Origin: an uncultured Gaiellales bacterium | Lineage (GTDB): Bacteria; Actinomycetota; Thermoleophilia; Gaiellales; Gaiellaceae | DNA: 64,000 bases | Direction: 5' to 3' | Assembly (NCBI GenBank): GCA_964468985.1 | Contig: CAYXXE010000001.1 | Coordinates: 4,581 to 68,580 of the forward strand | Shown: piece after piece, positions 26,684-35,509 of the stretch | How the letters are laid out: each line of letters opens with the position of its first letter | Numbering within the stretch: the first letter of the stretch is position 1 | Notes under the pieces: generated by a model | The model's input: the letters and a program-made list of their open reading frames with translations, nothing else | The model's database searches: none | What the model was told of the DNA's origin: nothing | Translations under genes and position numbers: made by a program

Positions 26684-27907
26684 ATGCCCGAAGCCGTTGT
26701 CGTTTCCGCCGTGCGCACGCCGATTGGCCGCGCCCGCAAGGGGTCGCTCGCTGGGATGCGGCCCGATGACCTCGCCGTCGCGGCGATCGAGGCAGCGCTT
26801 GCTCGAGTGCCCACGCTCGACCGGGACTCGATCGAGGATCTTCTGCTCGGCTGCGCAGAGCCTCACGACGAGCATGGCGCAAATCTCGCCCGCCGCGTCG
26901 CCGTGCAGCTCGGCCTCGACGGGCTGCCGGGAACGACGGTCAATCGCTTCTGCGCGTCGAGCGTCCAGACGACACGGATGGCGTTTCATGCGATCAAGAG
27001 TGGTGAAGGGGACGTCTTTGTCAGCGCGGGCGTCGAGTGTGTCTCGCGATACGACCCCGAGTTGGGCATGGGGACGGGCAAGGTGGGCTCGGCACATCCC
27101 GCGTTCGCGGCCGCGCAGGCGCGAAGTGCCAGGATGGCTGAAACGGGGGACGTTTGGGTCGACCCGCGTACGCGCGGCCTGCTCCCGGACGTGTTCATCG
27201 CGATGGGCCAAACGGCCGAGAATGTGGCGAGCCTGAGGGGCGTCAGTCGCGAGGACCAGGATGCGTTCGCGGTGTTGAGTCAGAACCGCGCCGAAGCTGC
27301 GATTCACGATGGGTTCTTCGACCGCGAGATTGTTCCTGTCAAGACGCCCGACGGCGTGATCGTCGCCCGGGATGATGGACCGCGTAGCGGCACCACGATC
27401 GAACAGGTCGCAGAGTTGCAGCCCGTCTTCCGAGCAGCCGGCACCGTGACAGCCGGAAACTGCTGTTCCCTGAACGACGGCGCGGCTGCGCTTGTCGTCA
27501 TGAGCGATGTCAGGGCGAATGAGCTCGACTGCCGCCCGCTCGCACGGATCGTTGCGACAGGCGTCTCGGCGCTCTCACCGGAGATCATGGGACTCGGCCC
27601 GGTCGCCGCCTCGCAGCAGGCGCTGGCCAGGGCCGGGATGACGATCGATGACATCGACTTGGTGGAGATCAACGAGGCGTTCGCCGCCCAGGTTCTCCCT
27701 TCAGCCGAGGATCTCGGTGTTGACGTCGACAAGCTCAATGTGCACGGCGGTGCAATCGCGCTCGGTCATCCGTTCGGGATGAGCGGTGCCCGTATCACCG
27801 CGACGCTTCTGAATGGGCTGCAGACGCTCGACAAGCAGTTTGGACTGGAGACGATGTGCATCGGTGGCGGTCAGGGAATGGCGATCATCTTCGAGCGGCT
27901 GAGATGA
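26684..27907 (+). CDS. acetyl-CoA C-acyltransferase (classical thiolase, FadA-like)
   Basis: Motifs: MPEAVVVSAVRTPIGRARKGSL, VNRFCASSVQT (Cys nucleophile), NEAFAAQ, NVHGGAIALGHPFGMSGAR, CIGGGQGMA. Confidence 0.92.
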   Translation: MPEAVVVSAVRTPIGRARKGSLAGMRPDDLAVAAIEAALARVPTLDRDSIEDLLLGCAEPHDEHGANLARRVAVQLGLDGLPGTTVNRFCASSVQTTRMAFHAIKSGEGDVFVSAGVECVSRYDPELGMGTGKVGSAHPAFAAAQARSARMAETGDVWVDPRTRGLLPDVFIAMGQTAENVASLRGVSREDQDAFAVLSQNRAEAAIHDGFFDREIVPVKTPDGVIVARDDGPRSGTTIEQVAELQPVFRAAGTVTAGNCCSLNDGAAALVVMSDVRANELDCRPLARIVATGVSALSPEIMGLGPVAASQQALARAGMTIDDIDLVEINEAFAAQVLPSAEDLGVDVDKLNVHGGAIALGHPFGMSGARITATLLNGLQTLDKQFGLETMCIGGGQGMAIIFERLR

Positions 27908-29115
27908 GCGCGGTCGCAGAGCGCAAGGAACGGGTGCGCACGTTCATGCAGGAACACATCTTCCCGAACGAGCGTCTGCTCCTGGACGAGGACACGGCAT
28001 CCGACCGGCTCATCCGCGACCTCCAGCAGCGTGCGAAGGATGCGGGCCTCTGGGCTCCGCATTTGCCTCCGGAGGCCGGCGGGTCGGGTGGGGGGTTTCT
28101 CGAGTACGCCCATTTGAACGAGGAGATCGGCCGCAGCGTGGTAGCGCAGCTCGTCTTCGGCTGCCAGGCGCCCGATGCCGGAAACGGCGAATTGCTCCAC
28201 CTATTCGGCACGCAGGAACAGCGCTCGCGCTTCCTCGATCCGCTCGTCGCCGGCGAGATCCGCTCGTTCTTCGGGATGACCGAACCCGACGCTGCCGGCT
28301 CTGACCCGACACTTCTGCAAGGCCACGCCGAACGGGTAGGCGACGAATGGGTGATCAACGCCCACAAGTGGTTCTCTACGGGCGCCGACGGCGCTGCGTT
28401 CGGCATCCTGATGGTGGTCACCGACCCGGACGCGGAGCCGCACAGGCGAGCGTCGCTCATCATCGTTCCCACCGACGTCGCGGGCTACGAACTCGTTCGG
28501 CGTGTCCCGGTCATGGGTCATGAGGGCCGAGGTTGGGGAACCCACTGCGAGACGCGCTTCACCGACGTCCGCGTACCGTTCGCGAACACGCTCGGCGACC
28601 CCGGAGACGGCTTCCGGCTCGCGCAAAAGCGGCTCGGGCCGGGCCGGATCCACCACGTCATGCGCTGGTTGGGTCAGATGCAGCGTGCGTTCGAGCTGAT
28701 GTGCTCGTACGCTCTCGAACGAGAGGCATTCGGCAGCCGACTCTCCGAGAAGCAGACCATCCAGAACTGGATCGCCGAATCCGCCGCGGAGATCCATGCC
28801 TGCCGCTTGATGACGCTCGCAACAGCACGCCGACTCGATGAGGGCGACGAGGCCCGTGTCGAGATATCGCTGATCAAGTTCGCCGCGGCCCGCGTTCTCG
28901 TCGACGTCATCGATCGCGCGATCCAGGTGCACGGTGGGCTCGGCCTCACCGAGGACACCCCGCTGGCACTGATGTGGCGGACGGCACGCGGTGGCCGCAT
29001 CTACGACGGAGCTGACGAGGTCCATAAGCTCGTGGTTGCCCGGCGGATACTGCGCTCGTTCGAAGAGGGCGGCGCAGAGCTCTTCCAACGAGAGGTGGCA
29101 CCTTGGCGGACCTGA
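27904..29115 (+). CDS. acyl-CoA dehydrogenase, ACAD10/11-FadE2-like N-terminus
   Basis: ATGA overlap. Motifs: MSAVAERKERVRTFMQEHIFPNERLL, FGMTEPDAAGSDP, WFSTGA, IQVHGGLGLTEDTPLA. 403 aa. Confidence 0.88.
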   Translation: MSAVAERKERVRTFMQEHIFPNERLLLDEDTASDRLIRDLQQRAKDAGLWAPHLPPEAGGSGGGFLEYAHLNEEIGRSVVAQLVFGCQAPDAGNGELLHLFGTQEQRSRFLDPLVAGEIRSFFGMTEPDAAGSDPTLLQGHAERVGDEWVINAHKWFSTGADGAAFGILMVVTDPDAEPHRRASLIIVPTDVAGYELVRRVPVMGHEGRGWGTHCETRFTDVRVPFANTLGDPGDGFRLAQKRLGPGRIHHVMRWLGQMQRAFELMCSYALEREAFGSRLSEKQTIQNWIAESAAEIHACRLMTLATARRLDEGDEARVEISLIKFAAARVLVDVIDRAIQVHGGLGLTEDTPLALMWRTARGGRIYDGADEVHKLVVARRILRSFEEGGAELFQREVAPWRT

Positions 29116-30038
29116 GCGGAAAGGTCGCGATCGTCACCGGGGCAGGACGCGGCATCGGCCGCTCACACGCGCTTGCCCTCGCCGAGGCAGGCGCACGGCT
29201 CGTCGTCAACGATCTCGGGGTGGAGCTGTCCGGTGATGGTGCGGACATCACGCCGGCCGAGCAGGTCGCAGCACAGATTCGTGCAGCCGGCGGCGAGGCC
29301 ATCACCGACGGCGAAGACGTAGCGGATTTCACAGGCGCCGCACGGCTCGTACGTCGCGCAATTGACTCCTACGGTGACCTCGACATCGTCGTCAACAACG
29401 CAGGCATCCTCCGCGATCGCATGCTCGTGAACATGACCGAGCCCGAGTGGGACGCCGTCATGGCGGTCCACCTCAAGGGCCATTTCGCGGTTACCCGACA
29501 CGCCGCCGACTACTGGCGCCAGCGCGCAAAGGCGGGCGACGACGTGCGGGGACGCGTGATCAACACGTCGAGCCCGTCCGGGGTCTTCGGCAACGTCGGC
29601 CAGGCGAACTACGGTGCCGCAAAGGCCGGGATCGCGGCGTTTACCGTCATCACGGCGCTTGAGCTGGCGCGCTACGGGATCACGGTGAACTGCCTCGCGC
29701 CGAACGCGCGAACCCGGATGACCGAGGAGACGTTCGACGTTGCGGCGCCCGACGGGGATTGGGATCCGTTCGACCCGGCGAACACCTCCGTCGTCGTCGT
29801 CGCGCTGTGCGCGGACGCCGCCCAGGAGATCACGGGCCAGGTCTTCCACGTCTGGGGAGGAGCAGTGAACGCTCTCCAAGGGTGGGCTCCGGGCGAGCTC
29901 TTCGACGCTCCGGGCGGCTGGCAGGCGCCGGCGTTGCTCGCGGCGATGTTGGAGCGGTTTCCGGCCGGCGTCGCGCCAAGCGGACTAATGGCAGGCATCG
30001 AGGCTGCGGGCGGACGGGCCTTCGGAAAGGCGAGTTAG
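29103..30038 (+). CDS. long SDR of the MFE-2 / Hsd4A type (paralogue of 18016-18933)
   Basis: The TTG start overlaps the ACAD stop by 13 nt. Pattern: GKVAIVTGAGRGIGRSHALALAEAGARLVVNDLG...VVNNAGILRDRML...VHLKGHF...YGAAKAG. Confidence 0.85.
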   Translation: MADLSGKVAIVTGAGRGIGRSHALALAEAGARLVVNDLGVELSGDGADITPAEQVAAQIRAAGGEAITDGEDVADFTGAARLVRRAIDSYGDLDIVVNNAGILRDRMLVNMTEPEWDAVMAVHLKGHFAVTRHAADYWRQRAKAGDDVRGRVINTSSPSGVFGNVGQANYGAAKAGIAAFTVITALELARYGITVNCLAPNARTRMTEETFDVAAPDGDWDPFDPANTSVVVVALCADAAQEITGQVFHVWGGAVNALQGWAPGELFDAPGGWQAPALLAAMLERFPAGVAPSGLMAGIEAAGGRAFGKAS

Positions 30039-31201
30039 CTGCTGACCTGCGGCCGGGGGTCGCCGAGTCCCAGCGAACGCCCGATGATCTCTTTCATGAT
30101 CTCGTTCGACCCGGCCCAGATCTTCGTGACGCGCGCGTCTGCCCAGGCGCGAGCGACTGCGTATTCCTCCATGTAGCCGTACCCACCGTGGAGCTGGACG
30201 CAGGTGTCGATGATCCGGTTCTGCACGTCGGAGGCCCACCATTTCGCCTTGGCGCTGTCGACGTTGGAGAGCTCGCTACGCCTGGCTTCGTCGATGCACC
30301 GATCGACGTGCGTTCGCGCCACGTCGAGGAGCGTAGACGCCTCGGCAAGGGCGAAGCGGCTGTTTTGGAAGGTGCCGATCGGCCTGCCGAAGGCATGGCG
30401 GGTCTTGACGTAGTCGATGGTGAGCTCGAGGACCGCTTCGGCGTGGGCGAGGTTGACGTACGCGGTGTGAAGGCGCTCTCGCGGCAGGTTCGCCAGCATG
30501 TGCTCGAAGCCGCGATCGATCTCGCCGATGACATTCTCGTCGGTCAACTCGATCTCGCTGAACCAGATCTCTGCCGTGTCGACCTCGTGCTGGCCCACCT
30601 TCGCGAGCTTCTGGCCGACCGCGTAGCCGGGGCTGCCCGTTTCGACGGCGAACAACGTGATCGCCTGGCGGTCGCCACCCGTTCGGGCCGCGAGGACGAC
30701 CAGGTCCGCGCTGGCGCCGTTCGTGATGAAGGTCTTGCTCCCGTTGAGCACCCAACCCGAGCCTCGACGCTCTGCCCGGGTCTTGAGCGCGGCAAGGTCA
30801 GAGCCGGCGTCAGGCTCCGTCATCCCGATGGCCGTCACGAGCTCGCCCGAGCAGAAACCCGGGAGCCAGCGTTCTCTTTGCTGCTCGGTCGCGAGGCTGG
30901 TCAGATACGGCGCGACTACATCGACCTGGATCCCGATCGACGAAGCGAAGCCGAGTCCCGCGCGTGCGAGTTCCTCGCAGAGCACCACGTTGAAGCGCAG
31001 ATCCTCGACACCTGCGCCTCCGTAGCGCTCGGGCACGTCCAGACCGAGCAGGCCCTCGGCGCCCGCAGCGATCCAGACGCTCCGGGGTATGCGTCGCTGA
31101 CTTCGGAACTCTTCGGCGCATGGAACGAGTTCCCGAGACACGAACGCCCGGACGCTCTCGCGAAACAGGTCGTGCTCATCCTCGAAGATCCTCCGGCGCA
31201 T
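30035..31201 (-). CDS. acyl-CoA dehydrogenase
   Basis: ATG at 31201, 1 nt after the DUF35 stop, gives MRRRIFEDEHDLFRESVRAF and 388 aa. Motifs: GMTEPDAGSDL, FITNG, QLHGGYGYMEEYAVARAWADAR. Confidence 0.9.
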   Translation of the reverse strand: MRRRIFEDEHDLFRESVRAFVSRELVPCAEEFRSQRRIPRSVWIAAGAEGLLGLDVPERYGGAGVEDLRFNVVLCEELARAGLGFASSIGIQVDVVAPYLTSLATEQQRERWLPGFCSGELVTAIGMTEPDAGSDLAALKTRAERRGSGWVLNGSKTFITNGASADLVVLAARTGGDRQAITLFAVETGSPGYAVGQKLAKVGQHEVDTAEIWFSEIELTDENVIGEIDRGFEHMLANLPRERLHTAYVNLAHAEAVLELTIDYVKTRHAFGRPIGTFQNSRFALAEASTLLDVARTHVDRCIDEARRSELSNVDSAKAKWWASDVQNRIIDTCVQLHGGYGYMEEYAVARAWADARVTKIWAGSNEIMKEIIGRSLGLGDPRPQVSS

Positions 31202-31202
31202 C

Positions 31203-31613
31203 TCAGGAGCTCGGCTCGAACCCGAGCAGCGTTTTGTCGCCGACCTCATAGAAGATCGACGTCATGCGCATTCCGGCGGCCAGCGCAGTCTCTTGTCTAA
31301 GCCGGCCGAGCAGCCGAACCCCTTCGTCCAACTCGACCGCGACGATCGTGTACGGGGTGTCGTCGACGAACGCCGGATTGAGCGGGACATGAATGACAAC
31401 CCACGAATAGACGTGGCCCACGCCGGCGGACTCGACCCGCCGCCACTCGATGGAGCCGCAGTACGGGCATGTCGGCTGTGGAGGGAAAAAGAACCGGCGG
31501 CAGCCGTCACAGCATGGAAGCAAGAGCTTCTGATTGGCCAACGCCGTCCACCACCACTCGCTGTCGATGTCAGCCGGCACGTCGACGAAGCCGTGCTTGA
31601 GTGGGTCCGTCAC
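31203..31613 (-). CDS. DUF35 protein (zinc ribbon + OB fold), stand-alone
   Basis: CCDGCRRFFFPPQPTCPYCGS is the four-Cys ribbon, followed by an OB-fold-like tail. The GTG start overlaps the upstream thiolase stop (GTGA). Confidence 0.85.
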   Translation of the reverse strand: MTDPLKHGFVDVPADIDSEWWWTALANQKLLLPCCDGCRRFFFPPQPTCPYCGSIEWRRVESAGVGHVYSWVVIHVPLNPAFVDDTPYTIVAVELDEGVRLLGRLRQETALAAGMRMTSIFYEVGDKTLLGFEPSS

Positions 31614-32779
31614 TCGTCCACCGAGAGGACGAGCGCCGAGCCGTCCTGTAGCGCTGCAGAGGTAACGACGCAGCGGTGTGCGTCCGTGACCTGCCGATCG
31701 CCGCCCCTCCGTTGCAGTTGGAGGACAGCTTCTGTGACCGTGTTCATCCCGTGGAGGTAGCCCTCACAGAGAAGTCCTCCGTGCGTGTTGACTGGCAGTG
31801 ATCCGCTGAGGCTTGTCTCGCCCGCCGAGACAAAGGCGCCCGATTCTCCACGATCGACCAGGCCAAGGCCCTCAAGTCCGAAAAGCACGACGCTGCTGAA
31901 GCAGTCGTAGATCTCGGCGAAGTCGACGTCCCGCGGACCGATTCCTGCGGACGCCCAGAGCCGGTCCGCAAGGTAGCTGTGGCAATTCCGCGACCAGTCG
32001 TCCCAACTGAAGAAGTCGCCCATGTCGAGCCCCGAGCCTGAGGGTGTGACCCAGGCTGCTCCCTGGATTACCGCCGGCGGTCGCGCGAGAGTGCGCGCGT
32101 GCTCGAGCGACGTCACCAGCACCGCGCAGGCACCGTCGACCTCGGTCGTGCAGTCGTGCGAACGGAACGGGTCGACGACGAACGGGGTCGCAAGATACTC
32201 GTCCATCGTCAAAGCTGTCCGTCGGATCGCGCGCTCGTTCTGCTCAGCGTAGGCGCGCTGTGCAAGGACGACCGCGCCGAGTTGCTCATGGGTAGTTCCG
32301 GTTTCGATCATGAATCGGCGAGCCCACAACGCGATCAATTGCGAGAAGGCTGTGAGTCCAATCGGATAGCGGTACTGGGCGGTGGATGAGCGGAACGGCT
32401 GTGAGCCGATGCGCACGCCGCTCCGTCCGTTGAGGGCCCGGAAGACGAGGACGTTCTTCGCGACGCCCGACGCGACGGCGAGCGCGGCGAGGGCGACCGC
32501 GTAGCAGGGCGCCTGACCGCCGAGGTTCAGGTCGATTGCGTACCGCAACTCGCGACGGCCGAGTGCGGTCGCGACGCTCTGAACGGGCACGGAGTCGTCG
32601 AACAGGCTGTAACTGACGATGCCGTCAACATCCGCTGCATCAACGCCGGCATCGTCGAGGGCTGCTCTGCAGGCGGTGGCGGCGAGGTTGAGGACGCTGA
32701 GGCCCGAGGCCTTGGTCAACTCCGTATAGCCGACCCCGACGACCGCGGTAGTGCCGAGAAATGAAGGCCGCTCGCGCAC
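31610..32779 (-). CDS. SCP-x / Ltp-type thiolase-fold protein
   Basis: 389 aa. TAVVGVGYTELTK, LNLGGQAPCYAV and NTHGGLLCEGYLHGMN form a thiolase-like fold pattern. It is paired with DUF35, as in Ltp/BbsAB-type systems. Confidence 0.85.
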   Translation of the reverse strand: MRERPSFLGTTAVVGVGYTELTKASGLSVLNLAATACRAALDDAGVDAADVDGIVSYSLFDDSVPVQSVATALGRRELRYAIDLNLGGQAPCYAVALAALAVASGVAKNVLVFRALNGRSGVRIGSQPFRSSTAQYRYPIGLTAFSQLIALWARRFMIETGTTHEQLGAVVLAQRAYAEQNERAIRRTALTMDEYLATPFVVDPFRSHDCTTEVDGACAVLVTSLEHARTLARPPAVIQGAAWVTPSGSGLDMGDFFSWDDWSRNCHSYLADRLWASAGIGPRDVDFAEIYDCFSSVVLFGLEGLGLVDRGESGAFVSAGETSLSGSLPVNTHGGLLCEGYLHGMNTVTEAVLQLQRRGGDRQVTDAHRCVVTSAALQDGSALVLSVDE

Positions 32780-32793
32780 CTGGACGCTCTCGG

Positions 32794-33618
32794 CTAGCCG
32801 AAATCCGGCCGGCGCTTCTCCGCGAACGCGTTCAAGCCTTCGAGCGAATCGCTATGTGTCAAGCAATACGAGACGGCGCGCTCACGCTCAAGACGGAGCG
32901 CATCATCGACCCCCGTCCCAGATGCGAGCCCGGCGTTGATGACGTACTTGATGTTCTCGACGCCGATTCGACTCTTCGCGGCAATAGCCTCGGCAAACGC
33001 CAGACCCTCGGTCAGGAGCGCGTCGTCGGGCACGACGCGGGTGACAAGACCCCAGTCCAAGGCTTCCCGCGAGCTCAGGAGACGTCCGGAGAGGATGAGG
33101 TCGCGGGCCCGGAACGGCCCGATGACCCGCGGCAGCAAGGCAAGTGACCCGGCGCCGCCCATCTGGCCGTAGTTCAGGTGGGCGTCGCCGATCTGGGCCG
33201 ACTCCGCGGCCCATGCGAAGTCGCAGCCGAGGAGGATCTCGAGTCCGCCGGCCGCCGTAAGGCCGTTCACGAGTGCGATCACCGGCTTGCGGACGTACCT
33301 CAAGCAGGCGACGAAGTCGGAGTACTCGTCGAGGAAGCGTGGGAAACGGACGGGGTCGCGCTGGAGCTCCAGGTAGCCCTTGAGATCGCCGCCGGCGCTG
33401 AACGCTCTGCCTCGGCCCGTCAGGAGGATCGCTCGCACGTCGTCGTCGTCGCTGAGGGCGTCGATCGCTGCCCGGAGTCCGCGGAGCATCTCCCAGTTCA
33501 CGGCGTTGAGCTGCTCCGGCCGATTCATCGAGACGATCGCCGCACAGCCCCGAGCGTCGCTCGACTCAGCCCACTCGACACGCTCGGTCTCGACATACGG
33601 CGTCCCCGTCTCGATCAC
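32794..33618 (-). CDS. enoyl-CoA hydratase (crotonase family)
   Basis: Motifs: IVSMNRPEQLNAV, GRGRAFSAGGDLK, NGLTAAGGLEILLGCDFAWA. I prefer the GTG at 33618 (274 aa). The tracked TTG at 33741 lies inside operator copy G and adds a low-complexity extension. Confidence 0.8.
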   Translation of the reverse strand: MIETGTPYVETERVEWAESSDARGCAAIVSMNRPEQLNAVNWEMLRGLRAAIDALSDDDDVRAILLTGRGRAFSAGGDLKGYLELQRDPVRFPRFLDEYSDFVACLRYVRKPVIALVNGLTAAGGLEILLGCDFAWAAESAQIGDAHLNYGQMGGAGSLALLPRVIGPFRARDLILSGRLLSSREALDWGLVTRVVPDDALLTEGLAFAEAIAAKSRIGVENIKYVINAGLASGTGVDDALRLERERAVSYCLTHSDSLEGLNAFAEKRRPDFG

Positions 33619-33736
33619 GCCGTCTCCTCCGTCCCATGCGCCGTCGAGCCGTAGCCGACTCCGACCCGGTTCTGAGAGGACGAGGCTGGGGCTCGATGCT
33701 TTGCCGGACGAACGATCATCATTCGCTCCTGATATT

Positions 33737-33754
33737 ATCAAACGACCATTTGAT
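33737..33754. promoter_or_regulatory. operator-like palindrome CAAAC-N4-GTTTG, copy G
   Basis: ATCAAAC GACC ATTTGAT is preceded by TATTAT. It lies in the divergent region between the crotonase operon and the LLM oxidoreductase. Confidence 0.55.
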
Positions 33755-33809
33755 TGCTAAGTCTGATTTTCAACTTAGCGTCGACGTTTCAGTCCTGCGG
33801 GAGCATCGC

Positions 33810-34808
33810 ATGCAGATCGGCTTTTCAATGGGACATGCGCAAGCGGGGACGAGTCCGCGTGATCTGATCGACCTTGCCTGCGAGGCGGACCGGCTCGGCT
33901 TCCACTCGGCGTGGACGGCGGAGGCCTGGGGTACTGATGCGGTGACGCCACTCGCCTGGCTTGGGGCGCTCACCGAGCGCATCCGACTGGGAACTGCGGT
34001 TATGCAGATCCCGGCGCGCACGCCCGCCAACGCGGCGATGACCGCTGCGACCCTCGATCTGCTCTCCGGCGGGCGATTCATCCTCGGCCTCGGCAACTCC
34101 GGCCCGCAAGTGGTTGAGGGCTGGCACGGCCAAGAGTGGGGCAAGCCGCTCGAAAAGCTCAGGGAGTACGTAGCGATCGTCCGGGCGGCGATTCGCAGCG
34201 AGCGCCTCGAGCACCACGGCACTCACTTCGACATTCCGCTCACGGGTGGAACCGGTCTCGGGAAGCCACTGCAGTTGATGGTCCGGCCGGTCAGAGCAGA
34301 CCTTCCGATCTATCTCGCGGCGATCTCGCCGAGGGCGGTCGAGCTCGCGTTTGAAATCGGTGACGGCTGGCTGCCGATCTTCTGGTCGCCCGAGCGAGCG
34401 CACGAGGTATTTCCGCTCGACCGACGCCGCCCCGGATTCGAGATCGCACCGTCCGTGCGGGTTGCGCTCGGGGACAACATCGCGGCGCAGCGCGAATCGC
34501 TCAAGGAGTACTTCGCGTTCTACATCGGTGGAATGGGCGCCAAGTCGCAGAACTTCTACAACGACCTCGCCGTTCGGTACGGGTACGAGGCGGCAGCGCG
34601 GACGATCCAAGATCTCTTCCTGGAGGGAAAGCGAGACCAGGCGGCTGCGGCGGTACCGGACACGCTCGTCGATGAGTTCGCCCTCGTCGGGCCGCGAGAA
34701 AGGATTCGTGACCGATTGTCGGCCTGGCGTGAGTCGGGCGTCACAACGCTGCTCGTCGCGACCCGAGACTCCGAAACCTTGCGCGCTGTAGCCGAGATCG
34801 GCCTCTGA
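33810..34808 (+). CDS. luciferase-like monooxygenase (LLM) class, probably F420-dependent oxidoreductase
   Basis: ATG at 33810 gives MQIGFSMGH. LGFHSAWTAEAWGTDAVTPLAWLGALTERIRLGTAVMQIPARTP and GRFILGLGNSGPQVVEGWHG are the LLM pattern. 332 aa. Confidence 0.85.
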   Translation: MQIGFSMGHAQAGTSPRDLIDLACEADRLGFHSAWTAEAWGTDAVTPLAWLGALTERIRLGTAVMQIPARTPANAAMTAATLDLLSGGRFILGLGNSGPQVVEGWHGQEWGKPLEKLREYVAIVRAAIRSERLEHHGTHFDIPLTGGTGLGKPLQLMVRPVRADLPIYLAAISPRAVELAFEIGDGWLPIFWSPERAHEVFPLDRRRPGFEIAPSVRVALGDNIAAQRESLKEYFAFYIGGMGAKSQNFYNDLAVRYGYEAAARTIQDLFLEGKRDQAAAAVPDTLVDEFALVGPRERIRDRLSAWRESGVTTLLVATRDSETLRAVAEIGL

Positions 34809-34880
34809 CCTCCGTTTGGAAAAGGTCAGGGCGCGGAAAGTAGACGTCCGCCCTGTGCGGCCTTGGGGCTGTAGGCCAAC

Positions 34881-34912
34881 GTGGCCCACGCGGCAAGCAC
34901 CGCGTGGGCCAC
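34881..34912. terminator. bidirectional terminator-like hairpin between convergent genes
   Basis: GTGGCCCACGCGG caagca CCGCGTGGGCCAC: a perfect 13-bp GC-rich stem with a 6-nt loop. A weaker 7-bp hairpin, CTGACCT...AGGTCAG, sits at 34805-34829. Confidence 0.55.
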
Positions 34913-35025
34913 TGCGAAGCGCTGTGTCGAGTTCGTCGACGGACAGCCTCGGAGCGCCCGCGCCCCGGGTGCCGCCTCTCGCCGTTCAGGCGCCGCAGGG
35001 TCGCCAGCGAGCTACCTGTTCGCCG

Positions 35026-35448
35026 CTACTCGCCGTCTTTCTCTTCAAGCTCCTCGTACCAGATGTCGAACGATCCGTTGGTGATCTCCATCACCGTCCA
35101 GCCGTTCTCGCTGTACGCAGGGCCGTGAAAGACGCCGGCGGGGATCATCCGGTACGAACCGGCCGTGAGCGTGATCGGGTCCGTGAGGTAGTCGGTGACG
35201 ACCTCGCCCTCGAGGATGATGCCCTGCTGGTCGAACGAATGCGCCTCGCGACGCTCACTGCGGTAGCCAGCAGGTATCCGCGCGACGTACGTCATTGCGC
35301 CGGTCTCCGGATCGTGAGCGAGGATGCAGCCCACGGCGCCGCTCGCGTGCTCGGCGGCGTCGTCGCCGCCGCCGAGGAGCCTCTCGATCGGCTGCCAGTC
35401 GAGTTTGTCGAGGTCAAGGCGAGTATGAAGGTTGGTGGAATACGCCAC
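35026..35448 (-). CDS. cupin domain protein
   Basis: 140 aa. GYRSERREAHSFDQQGIILEGEVV...GSYRMIPAGVFHGP is a cupin-like barrel. Operator copy H lies upstream. Confidence 0.65.
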   Translation of the reverse strand: MAYSTNLHTRLDLDKLDWQPIERLLGGGDDAAEHASGAVGCILAHDPETGAMTYVARIPAGYRSERREAHSFDQQGIILEGEVVTDYLTDPITLTAGSYRMIPAGVFHGPAYSENGWTVMEITNGSFDIWYEELEEKDGE

Positions 35449-35509
35449 GGGAGCCTCCTGGGTCGGTTACGAAAGGCGGAAGCCAGCCTAGCGCAGGCCA
35501 GGCTTGTTT

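Noticed and set aside
26255-27307. N-terminal 351 codons of the 702-aa minus-strand ORF 25199-27307
   Set aside because: Only the C-terminal half looks like a protein (APH-fold kinase). The upstream part is Arg/Pro/His-rich and lies antisense to well-supported thioesterase and thiolase genes. It is a typical high-GC shadow ORF.
29759-31300. 513-aa plus-strand ORF
   Set aside because: It lies antisense to the ACAD and DUF35 genes and overlaps the SDR 3-prime end. Its composition is typical of antisense frames in high-GC DNA.
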